A DNA stretch of 64,000 bases, from the NCBI GenBank assembly GCA_001873435.1, contig MNZB01000003.1, positions 70,427 through 134,426 of the forward strand, in the 5' to 3' direction. Positions within the stretch are counted from its first letter, which is position 1. Each line of letters opens with the position of its first letter. The notes beneath the pieces are model-generated. The model had not been told where the DNA came from. It saw only the letters and a list, made by a program, of their open reading frames with translations, and did not search any database. The position numbers and the translations under genes are program-made. Positions 38,762-46,582 of the stretch are shown piece by piece. This stretch comes from Candidatus Pacebacteria bacterium CG2_30_36_39. GTDB taxonomy: Bacteria; Patescibacteriota; Microgenomatia; UBA1400; PJMF01.

Positions 38762-39484
38762 ATGTTTATGGATTTTTCACAATATCCAGACAAAGCTCCA
38801 GATTATGATCTGAGAGACCTTCTAGAAGCAGGTATGCATTTTGGTCACAACAGTGCCAAATGGCATCCAAAGATGAAGGAATTTATTTACATGGAAAAAG
38901 ATGGCGTACACATCTTTGATTTGGCTAAAACAGCCAGTCAATTGCGTTTAGCCTACAATTTCATTTATGACATGGGTGCAAAGGGTAAAAAAGTTTTATT
39001 TTTGGGTACCAAACGTCAAGCTCGCGATATTGTTCGCGAAGCCGCTCAAGGCGCCGATGCTTTATATATTGCTCAACGTTGGATGGGCGGAATGTTAACT
39101 AACTGGGAACAGATTAGTAAATCCGTCAAGCGTATGGTTGATATCGAAAAAGGCTTGGAAACTGGTCGTTTTGATGGTTATACCAAATTTGAAAAACTCC
39201 AACTTGAAAAAGAAAAAGGTCGTTTGGAACGTTTCTTTGAAGGTGTTAAAACCTTAAAAGGCAAGCCAGACTGTTTAGTCGTAGTTGATCCAAAAAGAGA
39301 AAAACTAGCTGTCATTGAAGCTCAAAAAGAAGGTATTCCAGTTGTAGCTTTAATTGACTCTAATACCGATCCTAGTACTGTTTCTTTACCAGTTCCTGGT
39401 AATGATGATGCCGTCAGCAGTATTACTTTAGCTATGAAAGAATTTGCTAAAGCTTATGCTGAAGGTAAAAAATCTAGTAAATAA
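38762..39484 (+). CDS. rpsB: 30S ribosomal protein S2
   Basis: Conserved S2 core (LLEAGMHFGH...). I chose the ATG at 38762 with the AAGGA SD. The ORF track start 38717 would fall inside the predicted leader. Confidence 0.85.
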   Translation: MFMDFSQYPDKAPDYDLRDLLEAGMHFGHNSAKWHPKMKEFIYMEKDGVHIFDLAKTASQLRLAYNFIYDMGAKGKKVLFLGTKRQARDIVREAAQGADALYIAQRWMGGMLTNWEQISKSVKRMVDIEKGLETGRFDGYTKFEKLQLEKEKGRLERFFEGVKTLKGKPDCLVVVDPKREKLAVIEAQKEGIPVVALIDSNTDPSTVSLPVPGNDDAVSSITLAMKEFAKAYAEGKKSSK

Positions 39485-39504
39485 AAAATTGAGGAGAAAA
39501 GATA

Positions 39505-39963
39505 ATGGCTATTTCCATGGATGAAATTAAGAAATTAAGATTAGAGACTGGTGCTCGCGTAATGGATTGTAAGAAAGCATTAGAAGAATCTAATGGTGAT
39601 TTCAAAAAAGCCATCAAAATTGTTGAGGAAAAAGGTTTAGCTAGAGCAGAAAAAACTGCTGATCGTGAAACCAAAGCTGGCTATATTGCTACTTATGTTC
39701 ACAACAATGGTATGGTTGGTTCTATGGTTGAATTAGTTTGCGAAACAGACTTTGTTGCTCAAAATGATGAGTTCCGTAAATTGGGTAAAGAAATTGCTAT
39801 GCATGTCACAGCAATGAATCCAACTGATGTAACTGAATTATTAGAGCAAGAATTTATTCGTGATGCTAGCTTGACCATTGCTATGATGGTGAAGAGTTTG
39901 AGTGGCAAAATTGGCGAAAAAATGGAAGTAAGAAGATTTTTGCGCTATGAGGTTGGTGTTTAA
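39505..39963 (+). CDS. tsf: elongation factor Ts (short form)
   Basis: N-terminal UBA-like EF-Ts motif (IKKLRLETGARVMDCKKAL). 152 aa. Confidence 0.8.
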   Translation: MAISMDEIKKLRLETGARVMDCKKALEESNGDFKKAIKIVEEKGLARAEKTADRETKAGYIATYVHNNGMVGSMVELVCETDFVAQNDEFRKLGKEIAMHVTAMNPTDVTELLEQEFIRDASLTIAMMVKSLSGKIGEKMEVRRFLRYEVGV

Positions 39964-39987
39964 CTAAGTTGTTTTGAAATAGAATTT

Positions 39988-40034
39988 AAGGGGTGGTTGT
40001 TTTCTTTCAAATTGAAAGATGGCAGCCGCCCCTT
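39988..40034 (+). terminator. long GC-rich hairpin after tsf (putative terminator)
   Basis: AAGGGGUGGUUG...CAGCCGCCCCUU outer stem with an inner UCUUUCAA/UUGAAAGA stem, followed by a U-rich tract. Confidence 0.5.
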
Positions 40035-40060
40035 TACTGTATTGTTGATCTGCACTCATA

Positions 40061-41041
40061 ATGACTGTCGTGAAGGATTTTGTTCAAAAAGTTTCAACCA
40101 AAAAAGCTAGTAGTTTGAAAACTACTACAACCAAAACAGAAGGAGTTATTTCTTCTGGAAAGATTAAGAAAAGTGGTTTTATTATCAAACTTCAACACTT
40201 GGGCTTAGTTGTTGGATTGGTATTTTTAGTAATTTTGTTGATTAGAAATTTTCAATTTGCTGATTTATTTCGTCACCAAGAAGCTGAGGCGATGCTTGTT
40301 GTTTTCCAGAAAGTTGATAAATCTGCAGCATACATTCTTGGTGCTGATTTTAAGAATTTACGCTTAGATGTTTATCCAGTAAACACAGATGTTGAAGTTT
40401 TAGTTGGAGATTATGGCTTCTATCGTTTTCAGGCTATTTATCCATTGTTATCTTCAATTGAAAAAAAACCATTTAACTTTGTCAGATCAACTTATAGTTT
40501 CTCTTTAGGTACGATTCTCGATACTGTGTGGTTGGTTAACGAACCTTTAAAAAATTGGCAAAATGGAGTTGACATTAGGCAAGAATTTTTTTCTAAAGAG
40601 TTACTCAATTTGCCATTAAATTTTTCTCATAAACTAGCTTGGTTGGCTTTAACAATTGATGCGCGTACTGAAATATTTTTTCATCCAACTTTGGAAAAAT
40701 TACCACTAACTAAAAACCTTAGTGGTTTGAGCACAACCTCTTTTGTTTGTAGTGTGGCTCTGGTTAACACAACTTCTACTCAGGGATTGGCTGGTAAGAT
40801 TGACGATCTCTTGCATCAGGGAAATTTTTCAGTAGTTAGAGTCACAAATAGTACTCAGGAGTTGAATCAAACCCAAATTATTATTAACACTAACTTGCAA
40901 AATAATGGTGACTGTAAGAATGTACAAGCAAAAATTGAAAAAATTGTCCCTGGAAAAATAGAATATATTGAAGATGATTCACAAACCCAGCAGTATCGAG
41001 CTGATTTGGTTGTCAAACTTGGTAACGATATTGTTAAGTAG
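40061..41041 (+). CDS. hypothetical membrane-anchored protein
   Basis: N-terminal TM helix after a K/T-rich region, large extracytoplasmic domain. Possibly LytR_C/LCP-like. Not assignable by eye. Confidence 0.5.
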   Translation: MTVVKDFVQKVSTKKASSLKTTTTKTEGVISSGKIKKSGFIIKLQHLGLVVGLVFLVILLIRNFQFADLFRHQEAEAMLVVFQKVDKSAAYILGADFKNLRLDVYPVNTDVEVLVGDYGFYRFQAIYPLLSSIEKKPFNFVRSTYSFSLGTILDTVWLVNEPLKNWQNGVDIRQEFFSKELLNLPLNFSHKLAWLALTIDARTEIFFHPTLEKLPLTKNLSGLSTTSFVCSVALVNTTSTQGLAGKIDDLLHQGNFSVVRVTNSTQELNQTQIIINTNLQNNGDCKNVQAKIEKIVPGKIEYIEDDSQTQQYRADLVVKLGNDIVK

Positions 41042-41049
41042 TTTATTTA

Positions 41050-41817
41050 CTAAACTTCTTCACCGTTATTAATTTTTTCTAAAGTGGTTTCAAAATCATT
41101 GCTTTCAACGTCACCAACTTCTTCATCATCAAGATCCATGGGAATATCTTCTTCGATCAAGAATTCTTCATCCATGGGATTAATGATTTCTGGGTTATTG
41201 TTTTGGGTGTGAATTTTTCCAACTGGGAAAGAAAGAATGTGCTTGTTTTTACTTGAAGTTTTAGTTTCTTGTAAGTGAACAGCGCAATTACTTTCTGTTA
41301 AAGTATGAATTAGACATTCATACTCATTACCTCTTTGAATTAGTTTGCATAATCTAAAAGACAAGTCGTCTGGTAAAGAACCAACATAAAGACCATCGGT
41401 TGTTTCTACAGAAATATGTTTGCCACGGATTACCAATAAACATTTTTGTCCTACTTGGAGTTTTTTAAGTGAGTCTTTTCTAGTTAAACGATGTAATTCG
41501 GTAATTTTGGTTTTACCAGGTTCTTCAATAAAGTAAGTTTGAGCTAAAGATAGACTGCCAATTTGTTTGTTTTTAATATTAGCTAAATGCTTTTTAGCAA
41601 TAATATTTGATTTATCTAGCTCGACTACGTTTTGAAAAACATCCTTTGCTTTGGAAATGTCACTGAGTTGCATATAAGCAACACCCATACGATTGAGAGC
41701 GCCAATATCAGTGGTATTACGAGTTAAAATTTCTTGATTTAAGTCAACAGCCTCGCTCCAGTTTTGATTTTTAGCGGCTGCAATAGCTTCTTGGACCAAA
41801 ATAGCATATTTTTTCAT
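41050..41817 (-). CDS. TPR-repeat protein with acidic C-terminus
   Basis: N-terminal TPR-like repeats (AYMQLSDISKAKDVFQNVVELD..) and a D/E-rich tail. Confidence 0.6.
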   Translation of the reverse strand: MKKYAILVQEAIAAAKNQNWSEAVDLNQEILTRNTTDIGALNRMGVAYMQLSDISKAKDVFQNVVELDKSNIIAKKHLANIKNKQIGSLSLAQTYFIEEPGKTKITELHRLTRKDSLKKLQVGQKCLLVIRGKHISVETTDGLYVGSLPDDLSFRLCKLIQRGNEYECLIHTLTESNCAVHLQETKTSSKNKHILSFPVGKIHTQNNNPEIINPMDEEFLIEEDIPMDLDDEEVGDVESNDFETTLEKINNGEEV

Positions 41818-41877
41818 TTATCCAGTCCTTTTCTTAAGTTAAAAAACTTCGTGAAAGGATAATGGCAAAGCCCGATA

Positions 41878-41906
41878 TTGTCAACCGATAATGTGTCACA
41901 TACAAT
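41878..41906 (+). promoter_or_regulatory. sigma70-like promoter TTGTCA-N17-TACAAT upstream of yebC
   Basis: -35 at 41878-41883, 17-bp spacer, -10 at 41901-41906, 20 nt before the ATG. GAAGGAA SD. Confidence 0.5.
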
Positions 41907-41926
41907 TCAGCTAGAAGGAATAACCT

Positions 41927-42487
41927 ATGTCCGGACACAGCAAATGGAATAATATTAAGAAACGTAAAGGTGCAGTTGATGCTAAAAAAGGTAAAGTTTT
42001 TGGAATCCTAGCTCGCCAAATTCGTGCTGCTGTTAAAGAGGGTAAATCTGGTGATCCACAATTTAATCCTACTTTACGCACTATTTTAGATAAGGCTAGG
42101 GCGGAGAACATGCCCAAAGAAAAAGTTCAAAAAGCTATTGATGTTGGCTTGGGCAAGAGTTCTGGATTAGAGGTTAAAGAAATTGTTTATGAAGGTTTTG
42201 GAACTGGTGGGGTAGGAATTTTGGCTGTAGCTTTTACCAATAATCCCAATCGTACCGGTGGGGAAGTGAAGAATATTTTTTCTAAGGGTGGTGGTTCTTT
42301 AGGATCACCTGGCTCTGCAAAATATCTCTTTAGCAGAAATCTTGACGGAGGATATTCCACCGCTATTCCCTTTCAAGTAGAGGATCCAGAGCAACAAGAG
42401 TCATTGCAAAATCTAATGGATGATTTATTGGAGAATGAAGATGTTGAAGAAGTTTTTTGTAGTGGTGAGTGGGATACTAAAGAATAA
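41927..42487 (+). CDS. yebC: YebC/PmpR family DNA-binding regulatory protein
   Basis: MSGHSKWNNIKKRK N-terminus diagnostic of the YebC family. 186 aa, shorter than typical. Confidence 0.8.
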   Translation: MSGHSKWNNIKKRKGAVDAKKGKVFGILARQIRAAVKEGKSGDPQFNPTLRTILDKARAENMPKEKVQKAIDVGLGKSSGLEVKEIVYEGFGTGGVGILAVAFTNNPNRTGGEVKNIFSKGGGSLGSPGSAKYLFSRNLDGGYSTAIPFQVEDPEQQESLQNLMDDLLENEDVEEVFCSGEWDTKE

Positions 42488-42490
42488 TCA

Positions 42491-43258
42491 ATGAGAAGAA
42501 GAGAAAAATTTGTTTTAGCTGCGGCATTTTTGAGTATTGGCCTTTTAGCGGTTCAATATACTATTTTAGAATGGCGTTATTACGCCATAGTTGGTTTGAT
42601 GATAATTACTTATTTTGTTTCTGCTTGGGCTCTACGTGATGATTTACAACGCCATGAATGGTTAACAGTTCTTCCTTTTCCAGTTATTTATACGGCTGCT
42701 GTGGCTTTATTTTATTTTCTATTACCTGGTGCCTTTCTTACTAGAGTAATTTTCTTGGCGCTATTTGGTGTAGGAATGTATGGTCTTTATTTGACTAGCA
42801 ATATTTTTTCAGTTGCCAAAGGTCGCACCATACAACTGTTGTATGCCGCACACGCTGTAGCCTTGTTTTTCACCCTTTTTACTTCAATGCTGCTGACTAA
42901 CACGATCTTCTCGTTACGTCTCCCTTTTTACAGCAATGGGGCGCTTGGTTTTTTAATTCATTTTCCATTAGTAATGATGAGTTTATGGTCTATTAAGTTA
43001 GAGTCATTTGTTGGTAAAGAAATTTTTCATAAAGCTACTTTGTTAACACTTGTGATAGCTGAGCTTATTTCTATGTTATCTCTTTTGCCTTTTCCTGCCT
43101 GGCATAGTGCTCTTTTTGTAATGGGTATTTTGTATATTGGCTTGGGTGTTTTACAAAGTCAGATTAGAGAGCGTCTTTTTCATAATACTTCCAATGAATA
43201 TAGCTTGGTGGCTGTTTTCTTGGCTTTCATTTTTTTCTTACTATTGCCTTGGAAATAG
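42491..43258 (+). CDS. hypothetical polytopic membrane protein
   Basis: 255 aa, 7-8 hydrophobic helices. Confidence 0.55.
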   Translation: MRRREKFVLAAAFLSIGLLAVQYTILEWRYYAIVGLMIITYFVSAWALRDDLQRHEWLTVLPFPVIYTAAVALFYFLLPGAFLTRVIFLALFGVGMYGLYLTSNIFSVAKGRTIQLLYAAHAVALFFTLFTSMLLTNTIFSLRLPFYSNGALGFLIHFPLVMMSLWSIKLESFVGKEIFHKATLLTLVIAELISMLSLLPFPAWHSALFVMGILYIGLGVLQSQIRERLFHNTSNEYSLVAVFLAFIFFLLLPWK

Positions 43259-43298
43259 GGAAGTTATAGCTTATTTTTTCATTTTTTAATCATTTTTT

Positions 43299-43317
43299 TA
43301 GCCTGGATACCAGGCTA
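43299..43317 (+). repeat. perfect palindrome TAGCCTGG-ATA-CCAGGCTA (possible terminator hairpin and repeat family seed)
   Basis: 8-bp arms, 3-bp loop, flanked by T-runs just after the 42491..43258 gene. The half motif recurs at 43506-43517 (GATACCAGGCTA) and 43759-43766 (TAGCCTGG). Confidence 0.5.
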
Positions 43318-43445
43318 GATTTTATAGTAGAGTGCGGTGGAGTACTCGAGAAATATCTCTGGTGAATAAGTATAGGGTTATTAAGCTAAAAATTACTAAT
43401 TTACTCTGGTGAGCTGAAATATTTAAAGGAAAAGTATTTATTGGG

Positions 43446-43568
43446 TGTGGATAAGAAATAAGTTTTGTAGCCGGAAAATGGGGAAGTGATGAACAAAAAA
43501 GGGAAGTGATACCAGGCTAAACAGGGGAAAGTGATATAGTTTGATATAGTCAGATGGATTGTGGAAAA
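43446..43568 (+). repeat. DnaA-box / triple iteron / DnaA-box cluster
   Basis: TGTGGATAA (43446-43454, perfect DnaA box complement). GGGAAGTGAT at 43481-43490 and 43501-43510 (exactly 20 bp apart) and GGGGAAAGTGAT at 43524-43535. TGTGGAAAA at 43560-43568. Confidence 0.5.
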
Positions 43569-44096
43569 CTATAGGCTTTCATGTGAAAAGTTATAGGACT
43601 TATATTTAAGATACCTCGAGTAACGGTGAGGTGTTGATCTAGTTTTATGTAGTACGCTGCTCAGATAAAGCATTAATTCTGCAAGAATAATTCCAGGCAT
43701 AGCTATAAAATTGGGTACAAAATGTCTAGACAGATCTTCTCGAGTAGGGGCAATCATTTAGCCTGGTAATATCAAGTAATAAATTATTGGTAGATATGAT
43801 CTTGTCGGAGAGAGGCAGAAAATAACCCGAATAGGTTTTTTTATCGATCCAAATCTGGTTTTAAAGGCATTTTTGGAAAGAGTGATAAGAAAATATTAAT
43901 TAATTAACAAAGAAAAAGATAAAATACCCCAGCGGGGTGGTAGTAGCGAGAGACTTACTACTCTCACTATTTGTGTGCCAAAACTACTCAGAACTAATAT
44001 GTCGCACAATATAACTTTTGCGACATAGACTATATTCAAAATCCGGAATGTGAGTTTTTCTTAAATATTAGTAATTTAGCTTATCTGATACTTATA

Positions 44097-44108
44097 TTGA
44101 TATATCAA
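44097..44108 (+). repeat. palindromic motif TTGATATATCAA (copy 1 of 4 related sites)
   Basis: Perfect 12-bp palindrome. A second perfect copy at 44241-44252. Related CTATATATCAA copies at about 44746-44757 and 46337-46347. Confidence 0.5.
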
Positions 44109-44305
44109 GGTATTTATTTATTATTTCTCTTCTTCCCTCTTTTTTTGTAAATCTTTTTTTAAGTCAAATACCTGGTTTAAATGTCTTTATTTGGGTTGCC
44201 AAAATCTGTAAAAAATATCTTTGCTAAAAATAGACTTCTGATTGATATATCAAGCTATAAAGCATAGACGATACATTGGTCGTTTAAGCCAGAAAAAGCC
44301 GTTTT

Positions 44306-44331
44306 TGAGGCATTTAGAAGCCTCATTTTTT
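44306..44331 (+). terminator. orphan intrinsic terminator in noncoding region
   Basis: TGAGGC-AUUUAGAA-GCCUCA followed by UUUUUU. No ORF upstream, so it may end a small RNA. Confidence 0.45.
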
Positions 44332-44780
44332 AGGTCTTTTGCAATGAGTTTTATTAATTGTTTTTCAAATCTTTATACTTCCACTTTCTAATCTTTGGCA
44401 AATAAACATTAGAGATTATTTTTTACTAACTAATGTTTTTGCTAACTTTTTTTGTTTTGATCAATCAGTTGATTTTAAAAAATAAAACCGTTTTTGACTG
44501 GCTGATTAATTGGCTTAAATGATGTATAAGATTTGGAGATTTTTTTGGCAGCTACTAAGTAAGTTAATTGCTAAAATAGATTTGTTCGAGAACAAGTCTA
44601 TGTAAAGACATAGGAGAAGAATTTTCTTTGTTACTCAACTACTAGATAAGAACCAGATTGGTTGTCTCGAGTTGACAGCATCCTCTTTTTTATTTTTAAT
44701 ATATCTTGATTTGGCTTAATGTATCAAAATATAGCAGGATAGTTAGAGCTATATATCAAGACATTTTTTCTCATATGGCT

Positions 44781-44809
44781 ATTAGCAGAATATACAATGC
44801 TCTGCTAAT
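44781..44809 (+). other. candidate Xer recombination (dif-like) site, copy A: ATTAGCAGA-N11-TCTGCTAAT
   Basis: 9-bp inverted arms around an 11-bp centre, 200 bp upstream of the recombinase gene. Can be read as 11-bp arms around a 7-bp centre (9/11 match). Confidence 0.4.
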
Positions 44810-45010
44810 GACTCATAGTATATAAATTTCTTTATCGAGTAGAAAGTAGTATTTTTGAAAAAAAACAATCAAATAGTAAGTTTTAATTCTCACTTCTTAG
44901 CTTTAGAAAAGCTGAATATTTTGACTTCCCCCATTATATGTTGAGTTTAGTTATAGAGCAAATAAAAACTTTACCTCGCTGATTGATTTCATTTACGGTA
45001 TAACTTAAGT

Positions 45011-45955
45011 ATGGCTGTTTCTACAGAACCCACTAAGGCTTTAATAGAATTTCTAGAATCAATAGAAGTTGAAAAAAATTTAAGTCAACTTACTTTGAGA
45101 AACTATAGCCATTATTTAAGACGTTTTAACGAATGGTTTGCTCAGCATGGATATAAGGATTTGTCTGAGTTAAACCAAGACAACTTATTAAAATACCGAG
45201 TTTTTCTAGCTAGGTATATTGATGATCAAGGCAGAACTTTATCTAAGAAAACTCAAAGTTATCATATTATTTCTTTAAGATCTTGGTTTAAATGGTTAAT
45301 AAGACATGATGCTGAAGTGCTTCATCCTGAAAAGATAGAGTTACCCAAGGCAGAGTCTACGCCGATGAAATTTGCTTCTGCTGAGAAAATAGAGATTCTC
45401 TTGAGTAAGCCAGATGTATCTGAGCCTCAAGGTTTGCGCGATCGAGCTATCTTGGAGGTTTTATTTTCAACTGGCTTACGTGTTAGCGAGCTTGTGAAGC
45501 TTAATCGAGACCAAATCGATACAAAACGTAGAGAATTTGGAGTGATTGGTAAAGGTAGGCGTCCTCGGGTGGTATTTTTGAGTGATCGGGCTGCTTCTTG
45601 GCTAGAACGTTGGTTGGCAACCAGAGAAGATGATTGGAAGCCAGTTTTTGTTCGTTTCTCTGGTAGTAAAGAAGCCAGGTTTGCTGATGGTACTGAAATG
45701 AGATTAACCACTAGAAGTGTTCAGAGATTAGTAGATCGCTATAGTCGCTTGGCTCATTTGCCTATTAAATTATCTCCTCACGGTATACGTCATAGTTTTG
45801 CCACAGACTTATTAAGCAATGGCGCTGGTTTACGTGATGTTCAAGAAATGTTGGGTCATAAAAATATCGCTACTACCCAAATTTATACTCACGTGACACG
45901 ACTGCAATTACGTAAAATTCATGAAGAACATCACTCTTTGAAAAAAGCGGAATAA
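45011..45955 (+). CDS. xerC: XerC/XerD-type tyrosine site-specific recombinase
   Basis: 314 aa. Core-binding N-domain. Catalytic motifs R..(LRVSEL), H-x-x-R (HGIRHSFAT), LGHKNIATTQIYTHV with the nucleophile Tyr. Confidence 0.85.
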   Translation: MAVSTEPTKALIEFLESIEVEKNLSQLTLRNYSHYLRRFNEWFAQHGYKDLSELNQDNLLKYRVFLARYIDDQGRTLSKKTQSYHIISLRSWFKWLIRHDAEVLHPEKIELPKAESTPMKFASAEKIEILLSKPDVSEPQGLRDRAILEVLFSTGLRVSELVKLNRDQIDTKRREFGVIGKGRRPRVVFLSDRAASWLERWLATREDDWKPVFVRFSGSKEARFADGTEMRLTTRSVQRLVDRYSRLAHLPIKLSPHGIRHSFATDLLSNGAGLRDVQEMLGHKNIATTQIYTHVTRLQLRKIHEEHHSLKKAE

Positions 45956-46287
45956 CTGATTTTTGTTATGTTTATTTATATTAATATTCATATTTAGATA
46001 TATTGTTATATTTAGTATATTTTTGTTTCATTAATACATAATAAACAATATTTTGATCGTAGTAAAAATACATTTTTTTAACTTTCATTTCAATAAAAAT
46101 GTATTTGTTATTTATTACTCCCCTACTCTCTATTTTCTTTATCAATCTTATAAATTTATTTTTTTAATTAAAATAGCTACATTACTAATAATATTTTGGT
46201 GAAGTGGGCTTGTCTTTTAAATATCTAAAATAGCTTGCTATAAAAGTCCAATCATCGAGAGCATCTGGAGAAAATAGGTTATAAGTC

Positions 46288-46316
46288 ATTAGCAGACAGA
46301 TAAAATTACTGCTAAT
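46288..46316 (+). other. candidate Xer recombination (dif-like) site, copy B: ATTAGCAG-N13-CTGCTAAT
   Basis: The same 8-bp inverted arms as copy A, 330 bp downstream of the recombinase gene. Central region differs in sequence and length. Confidence 0.35.
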
Positions 46317-46446
46317 AACCTTTTTTAGCATATATAACCTATATATCAATCTATTTTATTGAATAATATAAAACGCTCTTCAATTGAATAGGCTGGTGGA
46401 ATTTTATTTCAGAGATGGTACAATTCTCTACGTTCTTTAAATATCA

Positions 46447-46523
46447 GGGCCCGTAGCGCAGTTGGTTAGCGCGTCTGTATGGCATACAGAAGGTCAGGGG
46501 TTCGAATCCCCTCGGGTCCACCA
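46447..46523 (+). tRNA. tRNA-Ala (anticodon GGC) with encoded CCA
   Basis: Acceptor GGGCCCG/CGGGTCC with G3:U70, D-arm GCGC-AGTTGGTTA-GCGC, anticodon loop ATGGCAT, T-arm AGGGG-TTCGAAT-CCCCT, ACCA 3' end. Confidence 0.9.
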
Positions 46524-46582
46524 ATTAAATAAATTAAATTACGCACCGTTTTTGAGAAGCTCAGAGGTGCGTTTTTTTAAAC

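Noticed and set aside
43569-43757. 62-aa minus-strand ORF inside the noncoding island
   Set aside because: No SD, odd composition, overlaps repeat motifs. Most likely chance.
43260-45010. CRISPR array, tmRNA, RNase P RNA or SRP RNA in the long noncoding tract
   Set aside because: No regularly spaced identical 25-40-bp direct repeats. No GGUUCGAUUCC/CCACCA tmRNA 3' end. No AGGAAAGUCCGG (RNase P) or GGAAGCAGCC (SRP) signatures seen by eye.
45011-45955. Integron integrase (IntI) interpretation of the 314-aa recombinase
   Set aside because: Size is compatible, but I could not identify the IntI-specific additional domain, and the upstream region lacks cassette ORFs or attC-like structures. The Xer-like call is more parsimonious.
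46447-46523. tRNA-Ala as integration site of a mobile element containing the recombinase
   Set aside because: No duplicated tRNA 3'-end (att) fragment found nearby. Downstream genes are core (gyrA/gyrB). The recombinase looks Xer-like rather than phage-integrase-like.
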